Shown here: piece after piece, positions 1 to 9,652 of the stretch
How positions within the stretch are numbered: the first letter of the stretch is position 1
Layout: each line of letters opens with the position of its first letter
NCBI GenBank assembly: GCA_026413325.1
Contig: JANZYW010000002.1
Span: forward strand, 1-63,250
DNA from: Bacteroidia bacterium
GTDB taxonomy: Bacteria; Bacteroidota; Bacteroidia; SpSt-205
DNA: 63,250 nt
Reading direction: 5' to 3'
Position numbers and translations under genes: made by a program
The notes under the pieces: generated by a model
The model's database searches: none
Seen by the model: the letters and a program-made list of their open reading frames with translations, nothing else
Told to the model about the DNA's origin: nothing

Positions 1-2
1 CT

Positions 3-1142
3 GGACAATCTCTCACCTTCACGAGCTACAGTTGGGGGAAGCCCCATCAGTTCCAGTGGGAGATTCGACAGGGCGCTTCTGTAGTGGTTTCCTCAACGGA
101 TGGTCCCTGCGCCACCATTTCGGCCCCCGCTGCGCCCGGTACCTATGATGTATATCTGTCGGTGTCGAACCAGGTCGGTTCTGACGATACCCTCTACAGT
201 GGATTTTTAGTGGTGCGCGATCCCGCGCAGGCAGCCTCCTTTCCTTTTACAGAGGGCTTTGAGAGTAGTACTTTCCCCCCTACTGGTTGGGTACGTGTCA
301 ATCCCGATGCTGCTACTGGCAATAGCAACCTCACATGGGAGCGGTATTCTTCTGCGGGACGAGGGAGCTTCGGAGCCAGCAACGCCAACGTGCGTATTCG
401 AAACTGGAGTTACTTCAATCGAACCCAGCGAGATTATCTCATCACTCCGCTGATTTCCATTCCTGCTTCTGCTCAGAATCCTGCAGTCGAGTTTGATGTG
501 TACTATCGGGCCCTTTACTGGGAAAATAGTACTGCCTCTCCTCCTGCTTATGGATACCTTTACGGGGACACCCTTGCTGTGTCTATCTCTGACGATTGTG
601 GGGCGACATGGAGTCGGCTGTACTATAAGGGAGGGGAGGATTTAGACGTGACGGGAACTGCCATCCAGGTGGTCGGGACCAACCCAAGTGCATCTCAACA
701 CCAATCGGTGCCCCCCTCTGGAAGTAATACGGACTGGGTCCATGAGGTTGTGCCTATACCGGCTTCTTATAAGGGCAAAAGCGTTCTCATCCGGTTCGAG
801 AATATCACAGAAATGGGGAATAACTTATATATCGATAGCATTCAAGTTCGGGAGAATGTCAGTACCTCTTATGTACATTCTTCTCGTGTGCCTGTAGTCT
901 CTCTCTTCCCGAACCCTGCTACGGAAGAGGTGCAGCTTTGGGTTCAGCATGCGAGCGCTGGAAGGTTATTCTATCGCTTGGTCTCCCTCACAGGCCAGAT
1001 ACTCCAGCAGAGCACCTTTTCTCTCCAGGGCGGGGAAGTGCGGCAGAGTCTTGCGGTCGATAAACTCCCAACCGGTGTCTATCTCGTCGAGGTAGAGCTA
1101 TCTTCTGGGGAGCGGTATATGTTGCGACTGGTTAAGGAATAG
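3..1142 (+). CDS. Secreted T9SS cargo protein, 5'-truncated by the window edge (PKD-like part, 'EGFE..FPPTGW' MAM/choice-of-anchor-J-like module, C-terminal T9SS sorting domain)
   Basis: The frame is open from nt 3, with no stop upstream of the GTG at 84. The C-terminus 'LFPNPATEEVQLWV...GVYLVEVEL..' matches the usual Bacteroidota T9SS CTD pattern. Confidence 0.7.
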   Translation, partial: GQSLTFTSYSWGKPHQFQWEIRQGASVVVSSTDGPCATISAPAAPGTYDVYLSVSNQVGSDDTLYSGFLVVRDPAQAASFPFTEGFESSTFPPTGWVRVNPDAATGNSNLTWERYSSAGRGSFGASNANVRIRNWSYFNRTQRDYLITPLISIPASAQNPAVEFDVYYRALYWENSTASPPAYGYLYGDTLAVSISDDCGATWSRLYYKGGEDLDVTGTAIQVVGTNPSASQHQSVPPSGSNTDWVHEVVPIPASYKGKSVLIRFENITEMGNNLYIDSIQVRENVSTSYVHSSRVPVVSLFPNPATEEVQLWVQHASAGRLFYRLVSLTGQILQQSTFSLQGGEVRQSLAVDKLPTGVYLVEVELSSGERYMLRLVKE

Positions 1143-1219
1143 CGTTCGCTCTTTTAGAGAGCAGAAACCTCTTTTCGTAGCGGGTCAGAAGCTGAAATTT
1201 TTCTGGGTGCAGAAGCTGT

Positions 1220-1255
1220 GCGGGGGGCCAGCGCCTACAGGCGCTGGCCCCCCGC
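1220..1255. terminator. Perfect 16-bp stem / 4-nt loop GC-rich hairpin between convergent genes (likely bidirectional terminator)
   Basis: GCGGGGGGCCAGCGCC-TACA-GGCGCTGGCCCCCCGC was read directly. It lies between the stop at 1142 (+) and the stop at 1364 (-). There is no clear U-tract. Confidence 0.6.
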
Positions 1256-1363
1256 CATACAGAGATACAACCCAGCGCTATAGACTTTCTCTTGTGCCTT
1301 CTTCTCTATCAGTCTCAGATAGAAATCACGAGAATGTGCGGTTCTATGCGATACGCAGGCTGG

Positions 1364-2731
1364 CTACTTGTTCACCGCTGCCGCTCTTCGGTACCATTCG
1401 ATCGCAGCTTCCATTCCTTTCCAAAGCTGATCAAGACGGAAATGCTCGTTGGGGCTGTGCACAGCATCCGTTGGAAGGCCAAATCCCATCAAAATCACGG
1501 GGCACCCACCAGCGACCTCACGAAGGGTATGAAGGATGGGGATAGACCCTCCTTCGCGGAGGGGGATAGGCCGTCGACCAAAAGCGGTCTCTACGGCCTC
1601 TTCAGCTATTTTGTAGAAAGGGGAGTTTGTAGGCGTCTCAAAAGCGGGAGCAGCCTCGTGAAGTCGTTCGATTTCTATTTCCACCCCTGCAGGAGAGATT
1701 GCTTGTACGTACGCACGAAAAGCAGCCCATATAGATTCAGGGTCTTGCCCAGGTACTAAGCGCATGGATACCTTGGCAGAGGCTTCGGCAGGGATGATCG
1801 TCTTGGCCCCGATGCCTGTATATCCACTTTTCATTCCATTCACATCCAGGGTAGGACGGATACTCACTCTCTCCAGAGGCGTGAAACCGACCTCACCTGC
1901 GAGTGAAGGCGATCCTGTAAGCTTTCGATAGTACTCTTCGTTGGCGGGAAGGCTCCGCCAGAGCTGCCGCTCTTGTGCGTCAGGAGCTTGTATCCCCTGA
2001 TAAAACCCAGGGATTCGCACTCGTCCATCTCTTCCTTTCAAGGCGGTAAGAATATAAGCCAAAGCTAAAGCTGGATTCTCTACTATTCCTCCCAAGCTCC
2101 CTGAATGGAGATCTCTTTGCGGTCCCCGTACTCGTATCTCCGCATACAAGAGTCCACGCAGACCTACAGTGAGGGTGGGAATATCTTCGGCGAAAAAGGC
2201 CGTGTCTGACACGATTACCGCATCACTTTTCCATTTCTCTCGCCCTTCTTTCAGGAGGCTATACAGGGTCTCGCTGCCGGTTTCTTCTTCTCCTTCTATC
2301 AGTACATGTAAGGATAAGGGCAACTGCCCTTGAGTTTCAATAAAATACTCCCACGCTCCCAGATGAGCGAATACTTGTCCTTTGTCATCGCAGGCCCCTC
2401 GGGCATAAATGGCACCGTCTCGTATCTGCGGTTCGAATGGGGGCGAGACCCACAGCTCCAGAGGGTCAGGAGGCTGTACGTCGTAGTGTCCGTAGAAGAG
2501 GAGCGTAGGCGCCCCCTCAGGCCCTGCGTAATGAGCATATACGGTGGGAGGATCTCCCAGCAGCTCTACCTCAAATCCCATTCGAGAGAGAAAGCCCCGC
2601 AGCCATTCCGCAGTCCGTTGTAGATCGCTGCGATGGGTAGGGTGCGCGCTAATACTGGGAAATCGCAAAAAATCCTGTAACCTTTGAAGAAGTCTCTCTG
2701 TATTTTCAGCTATCCATAGACGTGGGGTCAT
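1364..2731 (-). CDS. M20 family metallopeptidase / dipeptidase (ArgE/DapE/CPG2 family)
   Basis: 455 aa. 'FYGHYDVQPPDP..W.SPPFEP..RDG.IYARGACDDKGQ' is the typical M20 dipeptidase signature. Confidence 0.85.
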   Translation of the reverse strand: MTPRLWIAENTERLLQRLQDFLRFPSISAHPTHRSDLQRTAEWLRGFLSRMGFEVELLGDPPTVYAHYAGPEGAPTLLFYGHYDVQPPDPLELWVSPPFEPQIRDGAIYARGACDDKGQVFAHLGAWEYFIETQGQLPLSLHVLIEGEEETGSETLYSLLKEGREKWKSDAVIVSDTAFFAEDIPTLTVGLRGLLYAEIRVRGPQRDLHSGSLGGIVENPALALAYILTALKGRDGRVRIPGFYQGIQAPDAQERQLWRSLPANEEYYRKLTGSPSLAGEVGFTPLERVSIRPTLDVNGMKSGYTGIGAKTIIPAEASAKVSMRLVPGQDPESIWAAFRAYVQAISPAGVEIEIERLHEAAPAFETPTNSPFYKIAEEAVETAFGRRPIPLREGGSIPILHTLREVAGGCPVILMGFGLPTDAVHSPNEHFRLDQLWKGMEAAIEWYRRAAAVNK

Positions 2732-2758
2732 AGAGGAGCAAATATGGGGCTCTCTATC

Positions 2759-3319
2759 CTATTCATAGACAGTTCGAAGGCGATCTATCATCTCTTCTTC
2801 GATCCACCCGGTACGCTGAAGGAAACCTACTATAGCGCGAAGCACTTCCTCTTGATATCGCTTTTTGTATACTTCGGGTTGAGAGAGCAATAGACGAGTA
2901 AGTGTGCGAATGTCGTCTTGTGCAGCGCTTCTTTTCCCGAGGAAAAAGGGAAGGTAATAGTAAAAGGAACCTCTCAGAAAGCGTACTTCCACGTCATGAG
3001 GGGTGCGCTGTACCTGAGCGTCCATCTGGGCAAAGGCTTGGTACAGATATTCGCGCTTCTTGAGCGGATTGAGTGCATAACGAGCTTTCAGAGCGGTTAT
3101 TCCGTAGGTGTACATTTGAAGGGCAGGTTGGGGGCCATATCGATGGATAAGGGTATGAAAAAGCGTCTCCGCTAGAGGAAGGTATCTTTCTGATTGTACC
3201 GCAAGGAAGTATACTTTTTGCGCCCTCTGATAAAGGGTATCCTGATAAAAATCTTGAGCAAGGAGGTTACTCACGAAGAACATAACAATAGAAGCAACCC
3301 ACTTCAAAGGGGGAGTCAT
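2759..3319 (-). CDS. Hypothetical exported protein (N-terminal signal/anchor, helical)
   Basis: 186-aa ORF with a hydrophobic N-terminus 'WVASIVMFFVSNLLAQ'. It is packed tightly between flanking genes on the same strand. No motif was recognised. Confidence 0.5.
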   Translation of the reverse strand: MTPPLKWVASIVMFFVSNLLAQDFYQDTLYQRAQKVYFLAVQSERYLPLAETLFHTLIHRYGPQPALQMYTYGITALKARYALNPLKKREYLYQAFAQMDAQVQRTPHDVEVRFLRGSFYYYLPFFLGKRSAAQDDIRTLTRLLLSQPEVYKKRYQEEVLRAIVGFLQRTGWIEEEMIDRLRTVYE

Positions 3320-3338
3320 TTTAACCGTTCGGTTGGGG

Positions 3339-4313
3339 TCAAGGGAGAGGGAGGGTATCTAACAGGGGGCGGTTGTGCTGATGCCAGGCGATAGTCCTTT
3401 CCAGGCCGTCCCAGAAGTCTACTTTAGGCTCCCAACTGAGTACCTTTCGTGCTTTTGATATATCTGCTTGTGTATGTAGAACATCGGCCTTCGGCATGGG
3501 GTGTTGGATGATGGAAGCTTTTCGTTGGAGTTTTTTCTCTATGAAAGCGATAACCTCCAGAAGAGAGGTAGGTGCTTTGCCTCCGCCGATATTGAATATC
3601 TCGTATCCAGAGATTTGTAAAGCTTTGACGGTGGCTTCCGCCACATCTTCTACATAGGTGAAATCTCGTGACTGCGTTCCGTCTCCGAAAAGCTCTATAG
3701 CTTGCCCTCTATGGGTCCATTCGATAAATCGAAATATACTCATATCAGGGCGTCCAGCAGGGCCATATACGGTGAAATATCTAAGAACAGCGGCATGGAT
3801 CCCATAATGGTAATGATAGGTGTAAGCCCATACTTCCGCTGCTTTTTTAGAAGCGGCATAAGGAGAGATGGGAGTATTTACAGGGCTCTCTTCTGTAAAA
3901 GGAAGAGGGGCCCCCGCATACAAAGAGGACGTAGAAGCCAAAACATAGCGGGAGATTGCATGTCGTCGCATTAGTTCTAAGAGGTGGAGGCTGCCAGTGG
4001 CGTTGGTATGGTGGTACAGGACGGGATCAAGTAGGCTGACACGCACGCCCGCTCGGGCAGCGAGGTTCACCACTGCATCGAGTGGCACTGCGTAGGAAAA
4101 AACGGCTTGTAGAGACTCCCAATCGGAGAGGTCGGCAGGAAAAAATCGGAACTGAGGATGGGGCAATAAACGAGCCAAGCGATATTTCTTGAGGGAGGGG
4201 CTATAGTGATCGTTGAGATTGTCGATCCCGATAACTTCATGGCCTGCTTCTATGAGCTTCTGGGCGACATAACTACCGATAAAGCCCGCAGCTCCCGTCA
4301 GAAGAATACGCAT
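3339..4313 (-). CDS. NAD-dependent sugar-nucleotide epimerase/dehydratase (UDP-glucuronate 4-epimerase-like, extended SDR)
   Basis: 'MRILLTGAAGFIGS' Rossmann N-terminus and a 'YAASKKAAE' YxxxK catalytic motif. The start is set at the internal ATG at 4313, which removes the overlap with rsgA and sits 9 nt from a TACCTTTG box. Confidence 0.85.
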   Translation of the reverse strand: MRILLTGAAGFIGSYVAQKLIEAGHEVIGIDNLNDHYSPSLKKYRLARLLPHPQFRFFPADLSDWESLQAVFSYAVPLDAVVNLAARAGVRVSLLDPVLYHHTNATGSLHLLELMRRHAISRYVLASTSSLYAGAPLPFTEESPVNTPISPYAASKKAAEVWAYTYHYHYGIHAAVLRYFTVYGPAGRPDMSIFRFIEWTHRGQAIELFGDGTQSRDFTYVEDVAEATVKALQISGYEIFNIGGGKAPTSLLEVIAFIEKKLQRKASIIQHPMPKADVLHTQADISKARKVLSWEPKVDFWDGLERTIAWHQHNRPLLDTLPLP

Positions 4314-4322
4314 ATTTGTAGC

Positions 4323-4330
4323 CAAAGGTA
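4323..4330 (-). promoter_or_regulatory. Bacteroidota-type -7 box TACCTTTG (TAnnTTTG), 9 nt upstream of the epimerase ATG
   Basis: The plus strand reads CAAAGGTA. The box lies in the 22-nt divergent spacer between the epimerase gene and rsgA. Confidence 0.45.
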
Positions 4331-4335
4331 CGAGA

Positions 4336-5256
4336 ATGGAAGGGGTAGTTGTTCGGACGTCGGGGGAACACCTCCATGTACGCACAGCGATCGGGCAGAC
4401 GGTTTTAGCGACGTTGAGGGGGAGATTTCGACTGGATGAAGGCCCCTATACTGCACCGATAGGTATCGGAGACAAGGTGCGCCTTCGTGAAGAAGAGGGG
4501 AGGATGGTAATCGAAGAGATTTTTCCCCGCAAAAATTGGCTCGTACGCGTAGACCCCAATAACCCGTACAAAAGGCAGATCTTGTGTTGTAATATAGACC
4601 AGGCTTTTCTTCTCGTGACAGTTGAAATGCCTTTTACTCCTCTTCGTTACATAGATGGATTTCTGGTCTTGTGTGAATTGTATGGTATACCGTCGGGGCT
4701 CCTATTTACGAAATCGGATGTGCAGCTCAAACCCCGTTCCGCCCAAAAGAGGCTCCATTTTATGACCCTATATCGAGGGTTGGGCTACCCTGTGCTCTCG
4801 ATATCCGCCCTCACGGGAGAGGGCATAGGCGATTTAGAAGAGCTTTTGCGAGGAAAACGAACTTTCCTTACGGGTCTGAGTGGCGTAGGAAAAAGCTCTC
4901 TCGTCAACAGGCTCATACCCGGTATAGACCTTCTTACCCAGCCCCTCGTTCGGACCACGAATCGAGGGCGCCACACTACTACGTTCTCCGCCTTGTATCA
5001 TCTGCCTATAGGAGGAGAGATCATCGATTCACCTGGGTTTGGAGAGTTTCGACCCGGAGATATCGAGCCACACGAGCTCTCTCATTATTTTCCAGAAATG
5101 CGTGAATGTCTTATAAACTGTCGATTCAGTAACTGCTTGCATGTAGATGAGCCAGATTGCGCCGTCAAAGAGGCTGTCCATAGGGGAGCTATAGCGGCTT
5201 CTCGGTATCATACGTATTTAGCTCTCCTTCAAGAACTTACAAAGATTTCTCGATAA
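4336..5256 (+). CDS. rsgA: Ribosome small-subunit-dependent GTPase A
   Basis: Circularly permuted GTPase motifs: 'TKSD' comes before 'GLSGVGKSSLVN'. There is a C-terminal zinc knuckle 'CRFSNCLHVDEPDCAV'. Confidence 0.9.
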   Translation: MEGVVVRTSGEHLHVRTAIGQTVLATLRGRFRLDEGPYTAPIGIGDKVRLREEEGRMVIEEIFPRKNWLVRVDPNNPYKRQILCCNIDQAFLLVTVEMPFTPLRYIDGFLVLCELYGIPSGLLFTKSDVQLKPRSAQKRLHFMTLYRGLGYPVLSISALTGEGIGDLEELLRGKRTFLTGLSGVGKSSLVNRLIPGIDLLTQPLVRTTNRGRHTTTFSALYHLPIGGEIIDSPGFGEFRPGDIEPHELSHYFPEMRECLINCRFSNCLHVDEPDCAVKEAVHRGAIAASRYHTYLALLQELTKISR

Positions 5257-5699
5257 TGCGTCTGCTGATTCAACGGGTTTCTCATGCGAGGGTGGAGGTA
5301 GAAGGAGAAACGGTGGGGCAGATAGCCAAGGGCCTCCTTGTCTTAGTGGGCTTTCACAGAGAGGATGACTTAGGGATTTTACCCAAAGCAGTGCATAAGC
5401 TCTTGCATCTCCGAGTGTTTGAAGACTCGGATGGAAAAATGAATCTTGCTCTGCGGGAGGTGGGGGGAAGCCTTCTAATAGTTTCGCAGTTTACACTTTA
5501 CGGACGCTTAGAGAAGGGGTTCAGGCCATCTTTCACAGAAGCTGCTCCCGGTGACCAAGCTTTCCGGCTGTATGAGGCTTTCCTTCGAGAGATCCACGCT
5601 CAGGCTCCGGATATCCCCCTTGCGACGGGGAGGTTTGGGGCTCATATGAAAGTGGAAGCCTGTAACTATGGTCCTGTGACGTTATGGTTAGAGTTTTGA
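5256..5699 (+). CDS. dtd: D-aminoacyl-tRNA deacylase
   Basis: 147 aa with 'MRLLIQRV..A.V.V', 'SQFTLYG' and 'GPVT' motifs. The start overlaps the rsgA stop (TAATG). Confidence 0.92.
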   Translation: MRLLIQRVSHARVEVEGETVGQIAKGLLVLVGFHREDDLGILPKAVHKLLHLRVFEDSDGKMNLALREVGGSLLIVSQFTLYGRLEKGFRPSFTEAAPGDQAFRLYEAFLREIHAQAPDIPLATGRFGAHMKVEACNYGPVTLWLEF

Positions 5700-5759
5700 G
5701 GGGTAAATCCAGGGTTTATCCAGCCCTGGTCAATCATAAGTTTTCTTTATATTGCGCCC

Positions 5760-8657
5760 ATGCGAATCATCCTATGTATTGCGGTAGGCTTAGGGGCATT
5801 TGCATGGACACAACAGCCCAATGGCTTGCTTGACACCCTGACAGACCTCGTTCGGCATACAGAGTACAAAGTATTGATGCGAGATGGAGTTCCTCTCGCT
5901 ACGAGTGTAAATGTTCCCGTTTTTTCCGATACGGCTCAGATAGATATAAACCTCAACAGTCTTTTTCCAGGTTTAGGCGTACGACGGGTTCGTTTTGCAT
6001 ATCCAGGTACGCAATACTTCGTTTATCCAGGGCAGCCTAATCCCTATGCGTTGCCCGTTCTCTTCACTCGAACTCCATACAATAAAGGAGGCACTGAATT
6101 GAGCAAGGGGTATGCTTTGCTGGGATATGCGGGCATAGAGCAGGATATGCGGGGGCGTTACCGTTCGTGGGGGGTATATCTACCCATGTATAGTGACAGT
6201 TGGGAGAAGACAGCATACATTATGCACATAGGTGCCTATGCAGGGCATCCCTTGGATATGACCTCAACAAAAGAAGCTAACACACACGAAGATGGATGGG
6301 ATACGTACCAGTGGATAATAAATTCTCTTCGGTATGATAGTGACGGAAATGGCCAGATTACTGCTGCGGATTCTCTCCTGTGCAATGGGAAGGTAGGCAT
6401 GTTTGGCGGCTCTGCTTTAGGGAACAGCCAATATCAGCTGGCGGCGGCTCATCCGATTGACCCCAACGGTCGGGGTCTGAAATGTCTCATGCCTGTGGTA
6501 GCTTCAGGGGAGTTTTATCACAGCACAGGTCATCACAATGGTGTTTTTCGAGAGCGGATCATCGATGGCTGGCTCAGAGGGCAGGTGGAGTTTTATGGAC
6601 ATTGGGCAAATGCTCCGGCTGATCCCTATGACTCTATCCATACAGTGGCAGATTATGGGCCTTCTATCCAAAACCCACAGCAGGCGGCAGAAGCCTGTAT
6701 AGATTTCTGGACTACAATGGGTGGAGGCCATTACCCCAACTCTGCTGCACGGGCGATCATGGATATCAGCCATGCCACTCTCGATGCAAATGGAAACCCA
6801 CAGTGGCGTGGCCCTAAAAGTCGGTATGAAAATATTCAAGTACCAGTCTACAACCTAACAGGATGGTGGGATATCTTTATTGACGGCCAGATCCAGACAT
6901 GGCAATATCTCATGAAGCATCTCCCTCCTTCTCTTCGAAAGTTTCAGAAGCTTGTGATCGGCCCTTGGGCACACCAGACCATCGGTACCCGCTCGACGGG
7001 GGACATGCGTATCTTACCCGATGGCCGAGACCACCGATACCCGAAAAATGTTATAGAGCAATTCAATATTCCTGATGTTTCCGAGCTAAACGTCGAAGCA
7101 GCTGCACAGCTGGTTACTTCTGAGGTCATTGGGTGGTTCCGATACTTTCTGGGTACTCCCACTTTTCAGCTTCCGCCAGACTCTGCCTGGCAGAATCTGG
7201 GAAATGTTCTGGGTCAAGATGTCTATGTCCGTATCCCTGCGGATACCTTCCGTACAGGCTTTTATGCATTCTTTAACTTCCTAAATGGAACTGGGAGTTT
7301 AGACAACTTCCCCATAGAGCTCAAGATAGGGGCGAATGGCACCCCCTCTCGCCAAAATATCTCTATCCCCGCAACGGGGCAGTCTCTTTTTGGAGATACG
7401 TCAGGTACTCCTATCACAGAGCCTTCGTACGAGTTTGATGCGACTCGACCAGGAGGCAGGGCCAACGTGCGCTTTTATGTCGTAGGTCCGGTTGCGGATA
7501 GCATAAATGGATATGGGGGAAATCCTTCGGTGGGGAACTACTGGGTCAGTGCCGATACCTTCCCCTTGCCCGGGCTTCCTCGGCTGCGTCTGTATCTACA
7601 TGGGGATGGACGGCTGTCAGAGGTTCCTCCTACGGCTCCAGAGCCTCCTCGTGGCTTCATCGCAGACCCGATCGATCCAGTACCCACGCATGGTGGGCCT
7701 GAGATGATCTCTTATACGCCCGATAGAGCTCGCCTAAGCCAAGGCCAAATGGATTTTGCAGATCCTCAATATCGAGATCTTGTCCTGGATCGTCCAGCCC
7801 GTTACTCCGTACAGGGGCAAAACTATTCCGATCTCATCAGCTATACCTCAGACTTTATTTCGGAGTCATTATGCGTGGCTGGCTTCTCCACTGCGCAGCT
7901 ATATCTTGCCCTCAAGCCCCTATGGGGTGCATTTCCCGATTCGGCGAATGGAGACGTAGTCGTGCGCGTCTTAGATGTTTATCCAGATGGACGAGAGTAC
8001 TATGTTTTCGAAGGGGCGTGTAATGCTCGAGCTCGAGAGTATGCAGAAAGCTGGGCAGATGGACAGGAAGATACCTCCAAGCCTTGGTATAATCTCGTCT
8101 CTGACAGCATTTACAAGTGGCGGTTCAGCATGCTTCCCATCGCTTATTGCTGGGGGAAAGGCCATCGCATAAAAGTGCTCGTGAGCGCGACCAACTATCC
8201 TCGTTTTCAACCCTGCCCTAATGTACCACTCATGCCGGGAGAGTTCTACAGAAGAAGACCTTTTGATAACACGCCGTATATCTTCCATGGAGTTACGATG
8301 TATCCTCGCCAAAATCTCCAGACGCTCTACTCAGCTCCGGACAAGCTTTCCTACATAGAGTTACCAGTTTTAGGAGGACGTTTTGTTTCTCACCTATCGG
8401 CCAGTGCCCCCTCCCTCATGCCTACTATGGTTGTGTATCCCAACCCAACTCGACAAACTGCTCGTGTCGAACTGAGTGAGCCTGGTAGTTACTGGGTCGA
8501 GGTCTATACTGCCGCGGGGCAGCGGGTTTTTCGCGCGCACTTTGCACAGACTATCGCTCTTCCTGCATCTGAATGGGCTCCTGGCTTCTATTTGGTCCAA
8601 GTCCAGCATGAGCAAAAAGGTCTCATAGGTACCCACAAACTGATGGTAGGTCCCTGA
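5760..8657 (+). CDS. CocE/NonD (S15 X-Pro dipeptidyl-peptidase-like) alpha/beta hydrolase fused to a T9SS C-terminal sorting domain
   Basis: Signal peptide, a 'FGGSALGNSQY' nucleophile elbow, a 'VSATNYPRF' C-terminal beta-sandwich motif, and a terminal 'VVYPNPTRQTARVEL...GFYLVQV' CTD. Confidence 0.75.
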   Translation: MRIILCIAVGLGAFAWTQQPNGLLDTLTDLVRHTEYKVLMRDGVPLATSVNVPVFSDTAQIDINLNSLFPGLGVRRVRFAYPGTQYFVYPGQPNPYALPVLFTRTPYNKGGTELSKGYALLGYAGIEQDMRGRYRSWGVYLPMYSDSWEKTAYIMHIGAYAGHPLDMTSTKEANTHEDGWDTYQWIINSLRYDSDGNGQITAADSLLCNGKVGMFGGSALGNSQYQLAAAHPIDPNGRGLKCLMPVVASGEFYHSTGHHNGVFRERIIDGWLRGQVEFYGHWANAPADPYDSIHTVADYGPSIQNPQQAAEACIDFWTTMGGGHYPNSAARAIMDISHATLDANGNPQWRGPKSRYENIQVPVYNLTGWWDIFIDGQIQTWQYLMKHLPPSLRKFQKLVIGPWAHQTIGTRSTGDMRILPDGRDHRYPKNVIEQFNIPDVSELNVEAAAQLVTSEVIGWFRYFLGTPTFQLPPDSAWQNLGNVLGQDVYVRIPADTFRTGFYAFFNFLNGTGSLDNFPIELKIGANGTPSRQNISIPATGQSLFGDTSGTPITEPSYEFDATRPGGRANVRFYVVGPVADSINGYGGNPSVGNYWVSADTFPLPGLPRLRLYLHGDGRLSEVPPTAPEPPRGFIADPIDPVPTHGGPEMISYTPDRARLSQGQMDFADPQYRDLVLDRPARYSVQGQNYSDLISYTSDFISESLCVAGFSTAQLYLALKPLWGAFPDSANGDVVVRVLDVYPDGREYYVFEGACNARAREYAESWADGQEDTSKPWYNLVSDSIYKWRFSMLPIAYCWGKGHRIKVLVSATNYPRFQPCPNVPLMPGEFYRRRPFDNTPYIFHGVTMYPRQNLQTLYSAPDKLSYIELPVLGGRFVSHLSASAPSLMPTMVVYPNPTRQTARVELSEPGSYWVEVYTAAGQRVFRAHFAQTIALPASEWAPGFYLVQVQHEQKGLIGTHKLMVGP

Positions 8658-8834
8658 GCCTCTTGGCGGTGAGGACAATGCATTTACTTACTTTGGGTAC
8701 ATTTAGACATTTGTATGAAAAGCGGAAGAGCTATCGTCTTGCGCCTCTCTATGGACGGTGGGCAGGGGGCAGCCTACAATTTCTCATCGCTCCGAAGGGA
8801 ATTTGTCCAGGTTAGCCCCCATCCATAAGCTTGT

Positions 8835-9092
8835 ATGTTGGGAGTAGCCCTCATCATAGCGGCTATCTTTCTTTACAAAGCATACAAGCTTACCTTGAAA
8901 GAGTCCCAGCGCCTTCGCCAACTGCAAGAGGATAATCTCCGTCTCCGGGAAGAGGTAGAGCAGTGGAAAGCGAAATATGAGGCCCTGCTCGACACCTCTT
9001 CCCCCTCCTCAGTTCGAGAAGAAGACGCTCCAGAGCGGAAAATTCGGAGATTAGCAGAGCGCATAGAAGGACGAAAATCCCCTCTTCTATGA
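8835..9092 (+). CDS. Small single-pass membrane protein with a coiled-coil tail (PspB-like architecture)
   Basis: 85 aa: an N-terminal TM segment 'LGVALIIAAIFLY' followed by a heptad-like stretch 'LRQLQEDNLRLREEVEQWKAKYEALL'. Confidence 0.45.
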   Translation: MLGVALIIAAIFLYKAYKLTLKESQRLRQLQEDNLRLREEVEQWKAKYEALLDTSSPSSVREEDAPERKIRRLAERIEGRKSPLL

Positions 9093-9138
9093 GGAAAAAT
9101 TTTTGTATCTCTGCAAATGAGATTCCTACGACTTATCT

Positions 9139-9465
9139 ATGATGGCAGTGGTCATAGTTTTCATCGTCATCGGTCTCCCCATTCTGGGTGCATTTGGCTT
9201 TGCTACATATAAGGAATGGCTCAAACACAGACGAAAGAACCCTGTTTCGCTCGAGCAGCTCAGGAGTCTATACAAAGACATAGAGATTTTGAAAAAGGAA
9301 AATGAGCGACTGCGTCAGCGGGTAGAAAACTTAGAAACCATCGTCGCCAGCGTAGAATGGGACCAACTGTGGGAGAGCGATGAATCTCCCTCTCATCAAA
9401 AAAGTCATGCGGAGGAATCACTCGAGGAGGTGCATCTACGGGCGAGGGGAAAGCATAGAGAATAG
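9139..9465 (+). CDS. Small single-pass membrane protein with a coiled-coil tail (PspB-like; paralogue of the preceding gene)
   Basis: 108 aa: a TM segment, a basic stretch 'KHRRKN', then 'ENERLRQRVENLETIVASVEWDQLW'. This resembles the PspB 'R.R...LE.IL..E.P.W' tail as I recall it. Confidence 0.45.
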   Translation: MMAVVIVFIVIGLPILGAFGFATYKEWLKHRRKNPVSLEQLRSLYKDIEILKKENERLRQRVENLETIVASVEWDQLWESDESPSHQKSHAEESLEEVHLRARGKHRE

Positions 9466-9533
9466 GGAGATAGCCTTTACTCGCTTCTATTGGAATGGGA
9501 AAATCTATCCCCCGCTTTTGTATTAGCTATTTG

Positions 9534-9608
9534 CGCACCCGGGAGGATTCGAACCCCCAACCGCCAGATCCGTAGTCTGGTGCTCTAATCCTATTGAGCT
9601 ACGGGTGC
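9534..9608 (-). tRNA. tRNA-Arg (anticodon ACG)
   Basis: The reverse complement folds by hand into a 75-nt cloverleaf: GCACCCG/CGGGTGC acceptor, GCTC/GAGC D-stem, CCAGA-CTACGGA-TCTGG anticodon arm, GGGGG-TTCGAAT-CCTCC T-arm. CCA is not encoded. Confidence 0.93.
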
Positions 9609-9622
9609 TTGTTCGGTAGGGG

Positions 9623-9630
9623 CAAATATA
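9623..9630 (-). promoter_or_regulatory. -7 box TATATTTG, 14 nt upstream of the tRNA-Arg 5' end
   Basis: The plus strand reads CAAATATA. A T-rich/TTG element lies further upstream. Confidence 0.45.
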
Positions 9631-9652
9631 CAAAAATCAATACTTAGAACAG

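Noticed and set aside
1207-1759. 112-aa and 155-aa plus-strand ORFs
   Set aside because: They overlap the terminator hairpin and run antisense to the M20 peptidase 3' end. Their composition is not protein-like.
8715-8828. 37-codon ORF and near-match promoter box (GACATTTG) upstream of the first PspB-like gene
   Set aside because: The box has a mismatch at a fixed position, and the peptide has no recognisable features. The evidence is insufficient.
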